IMG/VR virus record: IMGVR_UViG_3300020190_003755
Coordinates: 1 to 25,496 of that record
Source: a virus
Lineage: Duplodnaviria; Caudoviricetes
DNA: 25,496 nucleotides
Reading direction: 5' to 3' (one strand)
Part shown: piece after piece, positions 9,282 to 17,900 of the stretch
Layout of the letters: each line of letters opens with the position of its first letter
How positions within the stretch are numbered: position 1 is the stretch's first letter
Notes under the pieces: generated by a model
What the model was told of the DNA's origin: nothing
What the model saw: only the letters and a program-made list of their open reading frames with translations
Database searches by the model: none
Program-made: the position numbers and the translations under genes

Positions 9282-9941
9282 ATGATTAAGAAGACTTTTC
9301 AAATCCCGTTGACAGATGAGCCTTACGTAGGCACCACTGCACTAAACAAAACCTACACTGCCACATACACAGGACCAAGATATCTTTTAGTGAAAGTAGA
9401 TCAGTCAACTGGCGTGGTAGAAAATACAGTGTTTGGCACAGATTCTTTAGTTGAAATGGACAAATTCACAAGCTATCCTAAAGAACCAGGCAAATTGTAT
9501 GAAAAAATTGATGCCACTGTGCACACATTTGAAGCTGCTTACATATCTGGTTATTATGACACAGGCAAAGTAGAAGATTATTCTGAAGATATTGGCACAG
9601 TCGATGAGGATGGTAAGCCAGAGACTTTTACATACGGTTGGGACGACAACAATGGTATGATAGGTCAGCAATATCTTCACATTGATATGAAATTCAAAAA
9701 TGGTGCGTGGATAAGACCAGGATTTAGAGTGCACATATTAAGCAGAGAAAGTTTCCTAGCAAGTTTAGTGGTGCAAATCAATGCAATCGAAAAGGCTTTC
9801 GTTGAAAAGGCAGATTTAATTTCAGCAGAAGATAAAATAAAGCTGCAAGAATATGTTGCATGGTTAAAAGCAGTGCCAACCAAATATGCCAATGTAAAGC
9901 ATTGGAAAATTCCTTTCAAACATCAAGTACCTGTATATTAA
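9282..9941 (+). CDS. Hypothetical protein, possible tail-fibre assembly chaperone (219 aa)
   Basis: It lies directly after the three adhesin-like genes. The C-terminal helical KLQEYVAWLKAVPTKY...WKIPF resembles the Y..L..LP....W..P end of phage tail-fibre assembly chaperones. It contains no Cys. The ORF is solid but the function is tentative. Confidence 0.55.
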   Translation: MIKKTFQIPLTDEPYVGTTALNKTYTATYTGPRYLLVKVDQSTGVVENTVFGTDSLVEMDKFTSYPKEPGKLYEKIDATVHTFEAAYISGYYDTGKVEDYSEDIGTVDEDGKPETFTYGWDDNNGMIGQQYLHIDMKFKNGAWIRPGFRVHILSRESFLASLVVQINAIEKAFVEKADLISAEDKIKLQEYVAWLKAVPTKYANVKHWKIPFKHQVPVY

Positions 9942-9973
9942 TCAAGAATAAATTCATTTTTATATTCAAGAAC

Positions 9974-9979
9974 TAACTA
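9974..9979 (+). promoter_or_regulatory. Possible variant late promoter (TAACTA)
   Basis: It is a one-mismatch variant of TAAATA, 18 nt before the ATG at 9998, in an AT-rich gap. Confidence 0.3.
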
Positions 9980-9997
9980 TTTGTATCAATTTACAAT

Positions 9998-10942
9998 ATG
10001 GTTAGATCCAAAGCATTTTTTTTGAATGGTGGTATTGGTAGAATCTTATGTGCTATTCCTGCACTGGAAAAATATCATGAAGAATCAGGAGATAAAGACT
10101 TTTTAGTTGTGTGTGAAGGTGCAGTTGACATATTGAAAGGTCATCCAGTATTAGATGCAAAAACATATGACATATTTCATAAAAATTTATTTCACACAAA
10201 GTTACAAAGTAAAGATGTTGTGAGCCTAGAGCCATACAGAGTATGGGAATACTACAATCAAAAATGCAATTTAAGCCAAGCATTCGATATTTTAATAAAC
10301 AACAAAGGCATAAGAAAACTTTCAAAACCAACAATTATTTTGAGTAAAGAAGAAATTTTACAAGGAAAAAAAATTGTTGAACAAATAAAAACTAAAATTA
10401 AACACAACAAAGTGATTGTGTTTCAACCATTTGGCCGAGGTATAGAACACATTGATGGCAGTTTCGTGGACAAAACCGGCAGAAGTATAGAATATAGAAA
10501 TACTAAAAGTTTGATAAGAAAATTGCAAGCAGAAAAATTTGCAGTAATAATCATGGCAGAATTTGGCATGGATTTTACTGGTGAAAAATACACAGATGAG
10601 GTAGCTGCGCCTGAAAGATTAAATTTGCGACAATGGGCTTCAGTTATCAAACATTCTGATCATTTCTTTGGCTGTGACAGCGTGGGACAACATCTTGCCT
10701 ACTGCATGGAAATACCAAGCACAGTTATTTTAGGCCCTACTTTTCCAATTAATACCAGCTATCCCGATTGCACATATTTTAGAGTGTGTGACATGGGTGA
10801 GCTAGATAGAGAATATGATCCAATACGCATCACTATGGATGAAAGAATAATGAGGAAAAATGAATTAATAATGAGCATGAATGAAGAAATTGAAAATTGG
10901 ATGATTAATGAAGTGATGAGGAGAAATAAGGATGACAAGTAA
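9998..10942 (+). CDS. GT9-like (ADP-heptose heptosyltransferase-like, GT-B fold) glycosyltransferase A (314 aa)
   Basis: N-terminal GGIGRILCAIPAL aligns with the GT9 G-x-G-D-x4-P-x-L motif. C-terminal LRQWASVIKHSDHFFGCDSVGQHLAYCMEIPSTVILGPT matches the GT9 nucleotide-binding D-S-x3-H-L-A...P...GPT motif. Confidence 0.7.
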   Translation: MVRSKAFFLNGGIGRILCAIPALEKYHEESGDKDFLVVCEGAVDILKGHPVLDAKTYDIFHKNLFHTKLQSKDVVSLEPYRVWEYYNQKCNLSQAFDILINNKGIRKLSKPTIILSKEEILQGKKIVEQIKTKIKHNKVIVFQPFGRGIEHIDGSFVDKTGRSIEYRNTKSLIRKLQAEKFAVIIMAEFGMDFTGEKYTDEVAAPERLNLRQWASVIKHSDHFFGCDSVGQHLAYCMEIPSTVILGPTFPINTSYPDCTYFRVCDMGELDREYDPIRITMDERIMRKNELIMSMNEEIENWMINEVMRRNKDDK

Positions 10943-13003
10943 AACTACTGGATATATAGCCGCCATCACTAGAGGACATAATGCTGGTGTTTGCCTTTTG
11001 AAAGATGGCAACATTATTTTTAGCGTGGAAGAAGAAAGACTCAGCAGACACAAATATGATGGAGGTCCTTATGCTTCAATGATAGAAATTTTAAAATACA
11101 CTGACAAAATTGATTATTTGATCATAGCACACACACAAAAAATTAAAGATACAGCAGGTAGAGTAGATTTTACCGGTGATGATGTGTACACAGGTCTAGC
11201 TCGCAAACTTGGATTGATTGATAGACAAGCAGACGTGATGAATCACCCACAGGTAATTGATTTAAGTCACATACATCATAAACTTCATGCTGCCTGTGCT
11301 TTCTATCGCAGTGGTTTTGATAGTGCAGTCAGTGTTATAGTTGATGGTGCGGGAACATTTTTGGGTATTAACAACAGTAGGCAAGGGCCAACCACTGTGT
11401 GGGAAGTTGAATCAATTATTGGATGTGATTATCCTGCTAATTTTGTTTCATTATACAAACATTACGGCACCAAGGAACCTGTAATGGGCGCAGTATTTCG
11501 TAACTTTCCTTCTGAAATTACAGATGAACCAGGCAAAACCCACGAAGCTGTTTTTTCTGACAGAGCAGGCATAGTGAAAGTTTATGAGGCAGTTACTCAG
11601 TACTGTGGCTTTATGCCTATTGAAGCAGGAAAAACTATGGGACTTTTTCCTTATGGTAAAAAAAATCCAAACATTCCTCCTTTGTTTGAAAGCAACTCCA
11701 AAGCTGAATTATCAAATAGAAATTTAATATTACCCACATATCCTAATGCTGCACTAGTGAATTCACAAATGTTCGAATTCTTAGAAGACCCCACAGATAA
11801 AGAATTTGATGACGTCACAAAATTACAAAATCGCAGAGACATGGCTTATCATTGTCAATTGGAGACACAAACACAGGTTTTAAAACTAATATACAGAGCT
11901 GTTCAAATGACGGGTAAGAAAAAAGTAGTGTTATCAGGGGGCTATGGATTAAATTGTGTGGCAAATTATTCTTACTTAGAATTTTTGCAAAAAGATCAAA
12001 TTGATTTATATGTGGAGCCGATCAGTAATGACGCAGGCACAGCAATCGGGGCAGCACTTTTGTTCTATCATCAAATATTACCTAACAAAAACATTGTAGC
12101 ACACAATACTCTTTATTTGGGGCCTGATAGGCATTATTCAATAGCTCATATACAATCTATGTGTGATAATCAAAAAGTAATTCTAAAAGACGCACAAGAT
12201 TCTGACGTAATAGATTTGATAATCGGCAAAAATATTGTGGCACTGTTTCAAGGTAGATCTGAAAATGGCCCTAGAGCTTTAGGTAATAGATCATTATTGT
12301 TTGATCCAAGATTCGCTGACGGCAAAGATTTTGTAAATGTGGTGAAGAAAAGAGAATACTTCCGACCATTTGCAGGCACAATACTGCAAGAACACGTGCA
12401 TGAATGGTTTGATTTACGAGGTATGAAAGATAGTCCATTTATGATGTATGCCGTGGATTGTAAACCAGGCAAAGCTGAACAGATACCTAGCATTATACAT
12501 GTGGATGGTACGTGTAGAATACAAACTATCACGCAAAAACAAAATCTACACTATCATAATCTTATTAATGCTTTTTATAAAAAAACTCAAGTGCCGATCA
12601 TATTCAATACTTCATTCAATCTGGGCGGAGAACCATTAGTTGAAACACTAGAAGATGCTGTGCGAACCTTGATTAATTCTAAAATAGAATATCTATATCT
12701 TCCCGAACACAAGAAACTAATATACGTTCCTAACTAAAATGCACAGTGCTTTTTTTATAAATGGTGGAGCAGGTAGAACATTATCTTCAGTATCAGCGTT
12801 AGATACATATGCAAAAGAAAATACTAAAGATGATTTTATAATTGTGTGCGAAGGTGGCACAGATTTCTACAAAGGACATCCACTACTACATGCACGAGCA
12901 TATGATGTTTGGCATAAAAATTTGTTTCAAGATCTACTGTTGACAAGGAAAATTCTTAGCCCAGAACCATACAGAGTATGGGAATATTACAATCAAAAAT
13001 GCA
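10232..13003 (+). repeat. 37-bp direct repeat (36/37 identical) at 10232-10268 and 12967-13003
   Basis: The repeat is CCATACAGAGTATGGGAATA(C/T)TACAATCAAAAATGCA, encoding PYRVWEYYNQKC in frame in both GT9 paralogues. Confidence 0.9.
10932..12737 (+). CDS. O-carbamoyltransferase, NodU/CmcH/TobZ family (601 aa)
   Basis: It has the family motifs EEERLSRHK, HHKLHAACAF, VDGAG, EAGKTMGLFPYG, SGGYGLNCVAN, NDAGTAIGAA, GRSENGPRALGNRS, KKREYFRPFA, HVDGTCRIQT and NTSFNLGGEPLVET. It overlaps GT9-A by 11 nt. Confidence 0.93.
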   Translation: MTSKTTGYIAAITRGHNAGVCLLKDGNIIFSVEEERLSRHKYDGGPYASMIEILKYTDKIDYLIIAHTQKIKDTAGRVDFTGDDVYTGLARKLGLIDRQADVMNHPQVIDLSHIHHKLHAACAFYRSGFDSAVSVIVDGAGTFLGINNSRQGPTTVWEVESIIGCDYPANFVSLYKHYGTKEPVMGAVFRNFPSEITDEPGKTHEAVFSDRAGIVKVYEAVTQYCGFMPIEAGKTMGLFPYGKKNPNIPPLFESNSKAELSNRNLILPTYPNAALVNSQMFEFLEDPTDKEFDDVTKLQNRRDMAYHCQLETQTQVLKLIYRAVQMTGKKKVVLSGGYGLNCVANYSYLEFLQKDQIDLYVEPISNDAGTAIGAALLFYHQILPNKNIVAHNTLYLGPDRHYSIAHIQSMCDNQKVILKDAQDSDVIDLIIGKNIVALFQGRSENGPRALGNRSLLFDPRFADGKDFVNVVKKREYFRPFAGTILQEHVHEWFDLRGMKDSPFMMYAVDCKPGKAEQIPSIIHVDGTCRIQTITQKQNLHYHNLINAFYKKTQVPIIFNTSFNLGGEPLVETLEDAVRTLINSKIEYLYLPEHKKLIYVPN

Positions 13004-13689
13004 GCATTGGGCAGGCATACGATATAGAAATTAACAACAAAGGAATACGAAAATTAGAATTACCACAAATATTTCTTAATAAAGAAGAATTAATATTTGC
13101 ACGTCAAATGATCAAAGAAGTTAAGGAAAAAACAGGCAAAGAAAAAGTTATAGTGTTTCAACCATTTGGAAGAATGAGCAAGAATCAAGATGATAATTTC
13201 ATAGACATTAGTGGTAGAAGTTTTGAAATTGATAATACAATTAGTCTAATAAGACAACTCGGAAAAACCTATGCTATGATTATTATGACAGAGTCGCCAA
13301 TAGATTTTTCCAAATATCAGATAAATTTTCCAGTGGCCAATCCACAAGGAGTACATGTAAGAGTCTGGGCTTCTGTTATTAAACAGTGCGATCATTTTTT
13401 AGGATGCGACAGTCTTGGACAACATATTGCACATGCTTTTGAAAAAACAGCCACGGTAGTGCTAGGGTCTACCTATCCAATCAATGTGTCATATCCTGAT
13501 AGTCCTAAATTTCACTGCATCAATATGAATGCAGAAAAAAGAATCTACAGTCCATTAAGAATAACCATAGATGAAACTGTGGACAGAGCCAATGAAAATG
13601 CAATGAATATGGATAAAGAAATAGAAACAAAGATAGTACAATCTGTAAATAGTTTTATTAAACACGGCTACAAAAAGAATAAAAAGTAA
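12739..13689 (+). CDS. GT9-like glycosyltransferase B (316 aa), paralogue of 9998..10942
   Basis: It carries AFFINGGAGR, VCEGG, KGHP, EPYRVWEYYNQKC, VIVFQPFGR and WASVIKQCDHFLGCDSLGQHIAHAF...VLGST, colinear with GT9-A. Confidence 0.7.
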   Translation: MHSAFFINGGAGRTLSSVSALDTYAKENTKDDFIIVCEGGTDFYKGHPLLHARAYDVWHKNLFQDLLLTRKILSPEPYRVWEYYNQKCSIGQAYDIEINNKGIRKLELPQIFLNKEELIFARQMIKEVKEKTGKEKVIVFQPFGRMSKNQDDNFIDISGRSFEIDNTISLIRQLGKTYAMIIMTESPIDFSKYQINFPVANPQGVHVRVWASVIKQCDHFLGCDSLGQHIAHAFEKTATVVLGSTYPINVSYPDSPKFHCINMNAEKRIYSPLRITIDETVDRANENAMNMDKEIETKIVQSVNSFIKHGYKKNKK

Positions 13690-13699
13690 ATTTTTATCA

Positions 13700-13706
13700 A
13701 TAAATA
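13700..13706 (+). promoter_or_regulatory. Putative late promoter (ATAAATA)
   Basis: AATAAATA lies only 6 nt before the ATG at 13713, with no SD. Confidence 0.6.
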
Positions 13707-13712
13707 CAACAT

Positions 13713-14117
13713 ATGTTTGATGTAAGTCAATTGTTTGGAAAAGGTCCAAGAAACACTCTTTTATTAAAGAACGGATTGAACTTTTCAGTGGGCACTAATT
13801 TTACAGCTATTCGCGACAACACAGTGATAGATAAATGGCCTTTCACTTCAGTGTCAGCTGCTGAATACACCATATTTGTAGATTTCAACACAGCGAACAA
13901 GGAAATTATTAGATGTCTTGTTGTAGGCGGCCCTGAAACAGCCACAGTTACAATATATGGCCGTGCTAATTTAGGCAATGAGTTGATTAATCTAAATGCT
14001 GTGGTTAACTACACCAACATACAATTGCTAGCCAGCGCCAGCAGCAGTGCGTACAATGATTCTAAAATAACGTTTCAAGCCACATATTTTGAAACTCTTA
14101 ATCCAGTCACCACTTAA
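13713..14117 (+). CDS. Small phage structural-domain protein (134 aa)
   Basis: IDKW...SAAEYTI...KEII..LVV...ATVTIYG...L..L.A.V...L.A resembles the ID.F...SAKY.I...E.L..HD...YG module common in T4-like virion proteins. Confidence 0.65.
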   Translation: MFDVSQLFGKGPRNTLLLKNGLNFSVGTNFTAIRDNTVIDKWPFTSVSAAEYTIFVDFNTANKEIIRCLVVGGPETATVTIYGRANLGNELINLNAVVNYTNIQLLASASSSAYNDSKITFQATYFETLNPVTT

Positions 14118-14129
14118 AGACTACCCTAG

Positions 14130-14148
14130 ATAAATACAAATACAAATA
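14130..14148 (+). promoter_or_regulatory. Putative late promoter ATAAATA followed by two CAAATA copies
   Basis: GATAAATA-CAAATA-CAAATA lies in the 14118-14164 gap. Confidence 0.6.
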
Positions 14149-14164
14149 CTATTAGAGCAAAATT

Positions 14165-14875
14165 ATGCCCGTGATTAATAACCCTTTTATTTCGCAATAT
14201 GGCTTTGAAAGCCTAGGTTTTAGTGTATCTCCCACAGGTCAACTGATAGCCAACAGTGTTACCAGCTCTACATTTGTTACGGCTGTGGATATTTCAACCA
14301 CATCTTTAACAGTGGCCGGACCCACTGTATTACAAGACACTCTTCAGGTGGATTCAAACAGCACTTTGAATCTCACTACCATTGTGAATGACACAGCAGC
14401 TTCAGAGTCAGGAGCAGCATTAGCAATCATTGGTGGTGTGGGCATACAAAAAAATATAATAGTTGGTCAACAAGCGAACATCGGCACTGCTCTAACTGTG
14501 GGCACCAATGTAACAACTTTTGGCTCCAATCTAACCTATGGTAACATACAAACCAATGCCAATCTGATCACATCATTCATTGCTTCAGTAGATGATGGCA
14601 GCACTGTGTCTAATTTAGAAATTGAACCATTGGGTGATGTGATTTTTAAAACACAAGGACAGAGCACCGAGGTTGGAAGAATTGATGCCACAGGATCAAA
14701 TGTGCCTGTGCAAAATACCACAATCAATAACACCACCATAGGAGCGACCACACCCAGCACAGCAGCCTTTGTCAGTGCTACAGTGACTAATGCGCCTACT
14801 GTGGCTTCAAATATTACACGTAAAGACTACGTGGACAGAACTGCCATAGCATTAGCTGTGGCTTTTGGAGCATAG
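14165..14875 (+). CDS. Short fibre/connector-like virion protein (236 aa)
   Basis: It is Thr/Val/Gly-rich, with GAALAIIGGVGIQKNIIVG (a common fibre-shaft repeat), INNTTIGATTPSTAAF and a terminal RKDYVD...AIALAVAFG motif. Confidence 0.7.
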   Translation: MPVINNPFISQYGFESLGFSVSPTGQLIANSVTSSTFVTAVDISTTSLTVAGPTVLQDTLQVDSNSTLNLTTIVNDTAASESGAALAIIGGVGIQKNIIVGQQANIGTALTVGTNVTTFGSNLTYGNIQTNANLITSFIASVDDGSTVSNLEIEPLGDVIFKTQGQSTEVGRIDATGSNVPVQNTTINNTTIGATTPSTAAFVSATVTNAPTVASNITRKDYVDRTAIALAVAFGA

Positions 14876-14882
14876 GTAAATA
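14876..14882 (+). promoter_or_regulatory. Putative late promoter (GTAAATA)
   Basis: The TAAATA core at 14877-14882 lies immediately after the upstream stop and 27 nt before the ATG at 14910. Confidence 0.5.
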
Positions 14883-14909
14883 TAATGTCTTACATCAACA
14901 GAAAATAAA

Positions 14910-17900
14910 ATGGCTAAAAAGCAAATTAAAAATTATGTGTTTGAACCTGGTATCAGCAAGGATGATGGCCTATATCCTTTTGCAGCTCAACTGTTATTAT
15001 TGAACAAAAGTCATTTACAAAATCAAGTAGTAAAATTCATAGATTTCAGCATATCAGTGGGAACTATCACTACCACAGCAGCCGCTGGCAATGGTGTCAC
15101 TGCCACTCTCACTTTTGCTACCAAAGCATATCCTCCATACATTGTGGGTCAGACTATCACTGTGGCTGGAGTCACACCTGTAGGATACAATGGCACAAAG
15201 ACTGTGACTGCTTGCACCACAACATCAGTAAGTTTTTCAAGTGCTACCACAGGTTCACAGACTGTGGCAGGCACAATCACATCAGCATACACAGGATACA
15301 CTTACGCTTCGCAAAAATGCACACGAGATGTGGGATTTTTTATAGATGCAGTTGTTCACGATGTGAAATATGGTGGCAATGTCAAAAGCAGACAGGTAGC
15401 AGATTATTTTTGGATTGATGGTGAACCTCAGATCAGAGGAGATGTCACACCAGAAACCACTGGTCAAGCCTATCTACGAGATATTATTAATGATTATATT
15501 TTTGAAAATATTCAGAATCCAGTCACATATGGCAACACCACACCTCAGGTGATAGATGCAAATATTAATGCGGAAAGTGATGCAGCCGCACAAAATACCA
15601 CTTTATGGAACATATTTAGAACCGTGATTACTTCAGGTATTCCAGCCATGCCTGCCAAAATTCCTGGCGTAAGTTCTATTAGAATAATAGGACAATTTGA
15701 CGTTTCAGATATACTATTGATCACTGACACTGACAATTCAGAAATATTGTACAGTTTTGCTGACCCTGCAAATTCTATATCTATCAGTTTGAAACAAGGA
15801 CGCAGCAGTGGAGATGGTAATTTATTAAGTGATGTAGATTTCAGAACCTGGGCTCAAAAATCTGATGCAATTACTACAATAGATCTAAGTGCTGACACCA
15901 GCAACTTAACCAGCAGTGCTAGTATTCAAATATTTGTAGAACAATCTAGCCAAGAAATAAGACCTTGGGACTTTGGCACGGACGCAATCGAAAGAATGCG
16001 TGTGGCCGCTCCTCAGGCCATGTTGGATGCTGACTTCGAATATGGTCTTCAACCTACCAAATGGCAGGCCTTAGGACTTATTAGAATGTATCCTTCTGTG
16101 TATGAAATTCCTGGAAGTGATCTATCTATCTCAGCCATAACTACTGACGCGTCTATCAATACTGGAGCCTTTGGTAGTTCGTTGATCACTGTGACCACAA
16201 ATGGTACTCACGGTATAGAAAAAGGTTATCCAATTACTGTGAAAGGTTTGAATACAACAGTGTCAGGATTCGCTAGAGCCGAAGGCGCGTTCATTGTGTT
16301 CAGCACTCCCAGTGCAGTGAGCTTTACATATTTTGCCAGCGCTAGAGTTGGCACTGCAGAGGGTCAAAGTCTTTTCACTTCATTTGCACAAATTCGAGCA
16401 GCAGCTTTTTTCACAGGAGCCACCATTGGTCAACCCAGCTTTTCATTGTTCAGTAATGGTACTGCTATCAGCATACAGTTGGCTTTCGCAGCAGCCAGCG
16501 GGGCCACTTCAATTATTTACACTGGATCAGCTCCAGTGGTAGGATCACCTGTGACTGGATCTGCTTCTATTGCAGCTGGAACTTCAATAGCAGGATTAAT
16601 TGGCACTGGTACAATCAATGCTATCACGCTTTCTAATGCCTTGTCTACAGACACCAACATAGATGTTGTGGACACCACTGGCATTCTAAATGGTATGGCT
16701 ATCAGTTCTTCAGGCATTGCTAACACAGTTGCTACCATAGTTGGTCAAACTTTGACCATGACCGGCACATTAGGATCAGCATACAAAGGCAGGGATCACA
16801 CCAACAACAGTGTTAATGGCACATTGATAGCTCCAGCAGGTTCGGGATCAACATTTGATGTATCTCGTTCAGCTGGCACATACACTGTAGTAACTCTTAA
16901 TACGCCTGGCAGTGACTATTTCCAAGGCGACAAAATTAAAATAGTTGGTACTGATTTAGGAGGAGCTACTCCTGCTAATGATATTACCATACTGATTACA
17001 GCGGTGGCTGGATCAGCGATATCTGCTTTTACATTCACAGGCTCTTCAATCACAGGAGGAGCCACATACAGTGCTGTGGTGGCCACAGGAGGCACTGGAG
17101 CATCTGGAGCATTCAATGTGGTACGCACAGGAGGCACAGGAGCTTACAGCGTTGCTCTTGCTAATGCTGGCACAGGATATACTGTGGCAGACTCATTGAC
17201 TATTGCGGGCTCTGATTTAGGTGGCAGTTCACCTGCAAATGATATAGTGTTGACTGTGGACACTGTAGGTGGCAGTGGAGAAATTGCAACATTTACAATT
17301 ACTGGAAGCCCAATTGGAGTTACAGGAGATGCAAGCTATGTGGCTGTGGTGCCTAGCAATATTGCACACGCAGGCACTGGTGCTCAATTTAATGTGACCA
17401 GAACAAATGGAGTTTATACTGTTGCGGTGTCTCCACCAGGTTCAAACTTTGAAATAGGCAACAGATTGACTGTGCTTGGCACAGTTTTAGATGGACTATC
17501 ATCTGCCAATGATGCCACAATTTTAATCACTTCCATCAGTGGCTCTGGAGCAATTACAGGGCAGACAATATCAGGCACTCCAATTACAGGGGACACACTA
17601 ACTGTGTACAGCACATTAGGTCTCAGTGATGCTCTTACTGCAGGCATAGCAGCTGGAGTATTTTTAAACGTGGGCGCAATTGCTACTTTTCAAGTGGATT
17701 TTACATCAGCACATGGATTGATTCCAGGCACTACCATATTATCCCAAGTGACTTCTGCACCAGCACCTGCGTTAAGTTCTACCACTAGAACTCTTACAGG
17801 TTCAGGTAACTGGTCAGTCAAAGGTTTCAACGGAAAATTTGTAGCAGTAAGACAAGGAGCAACTGCTACTCAAGTATCCACCACAGGACAGACATGGTCA

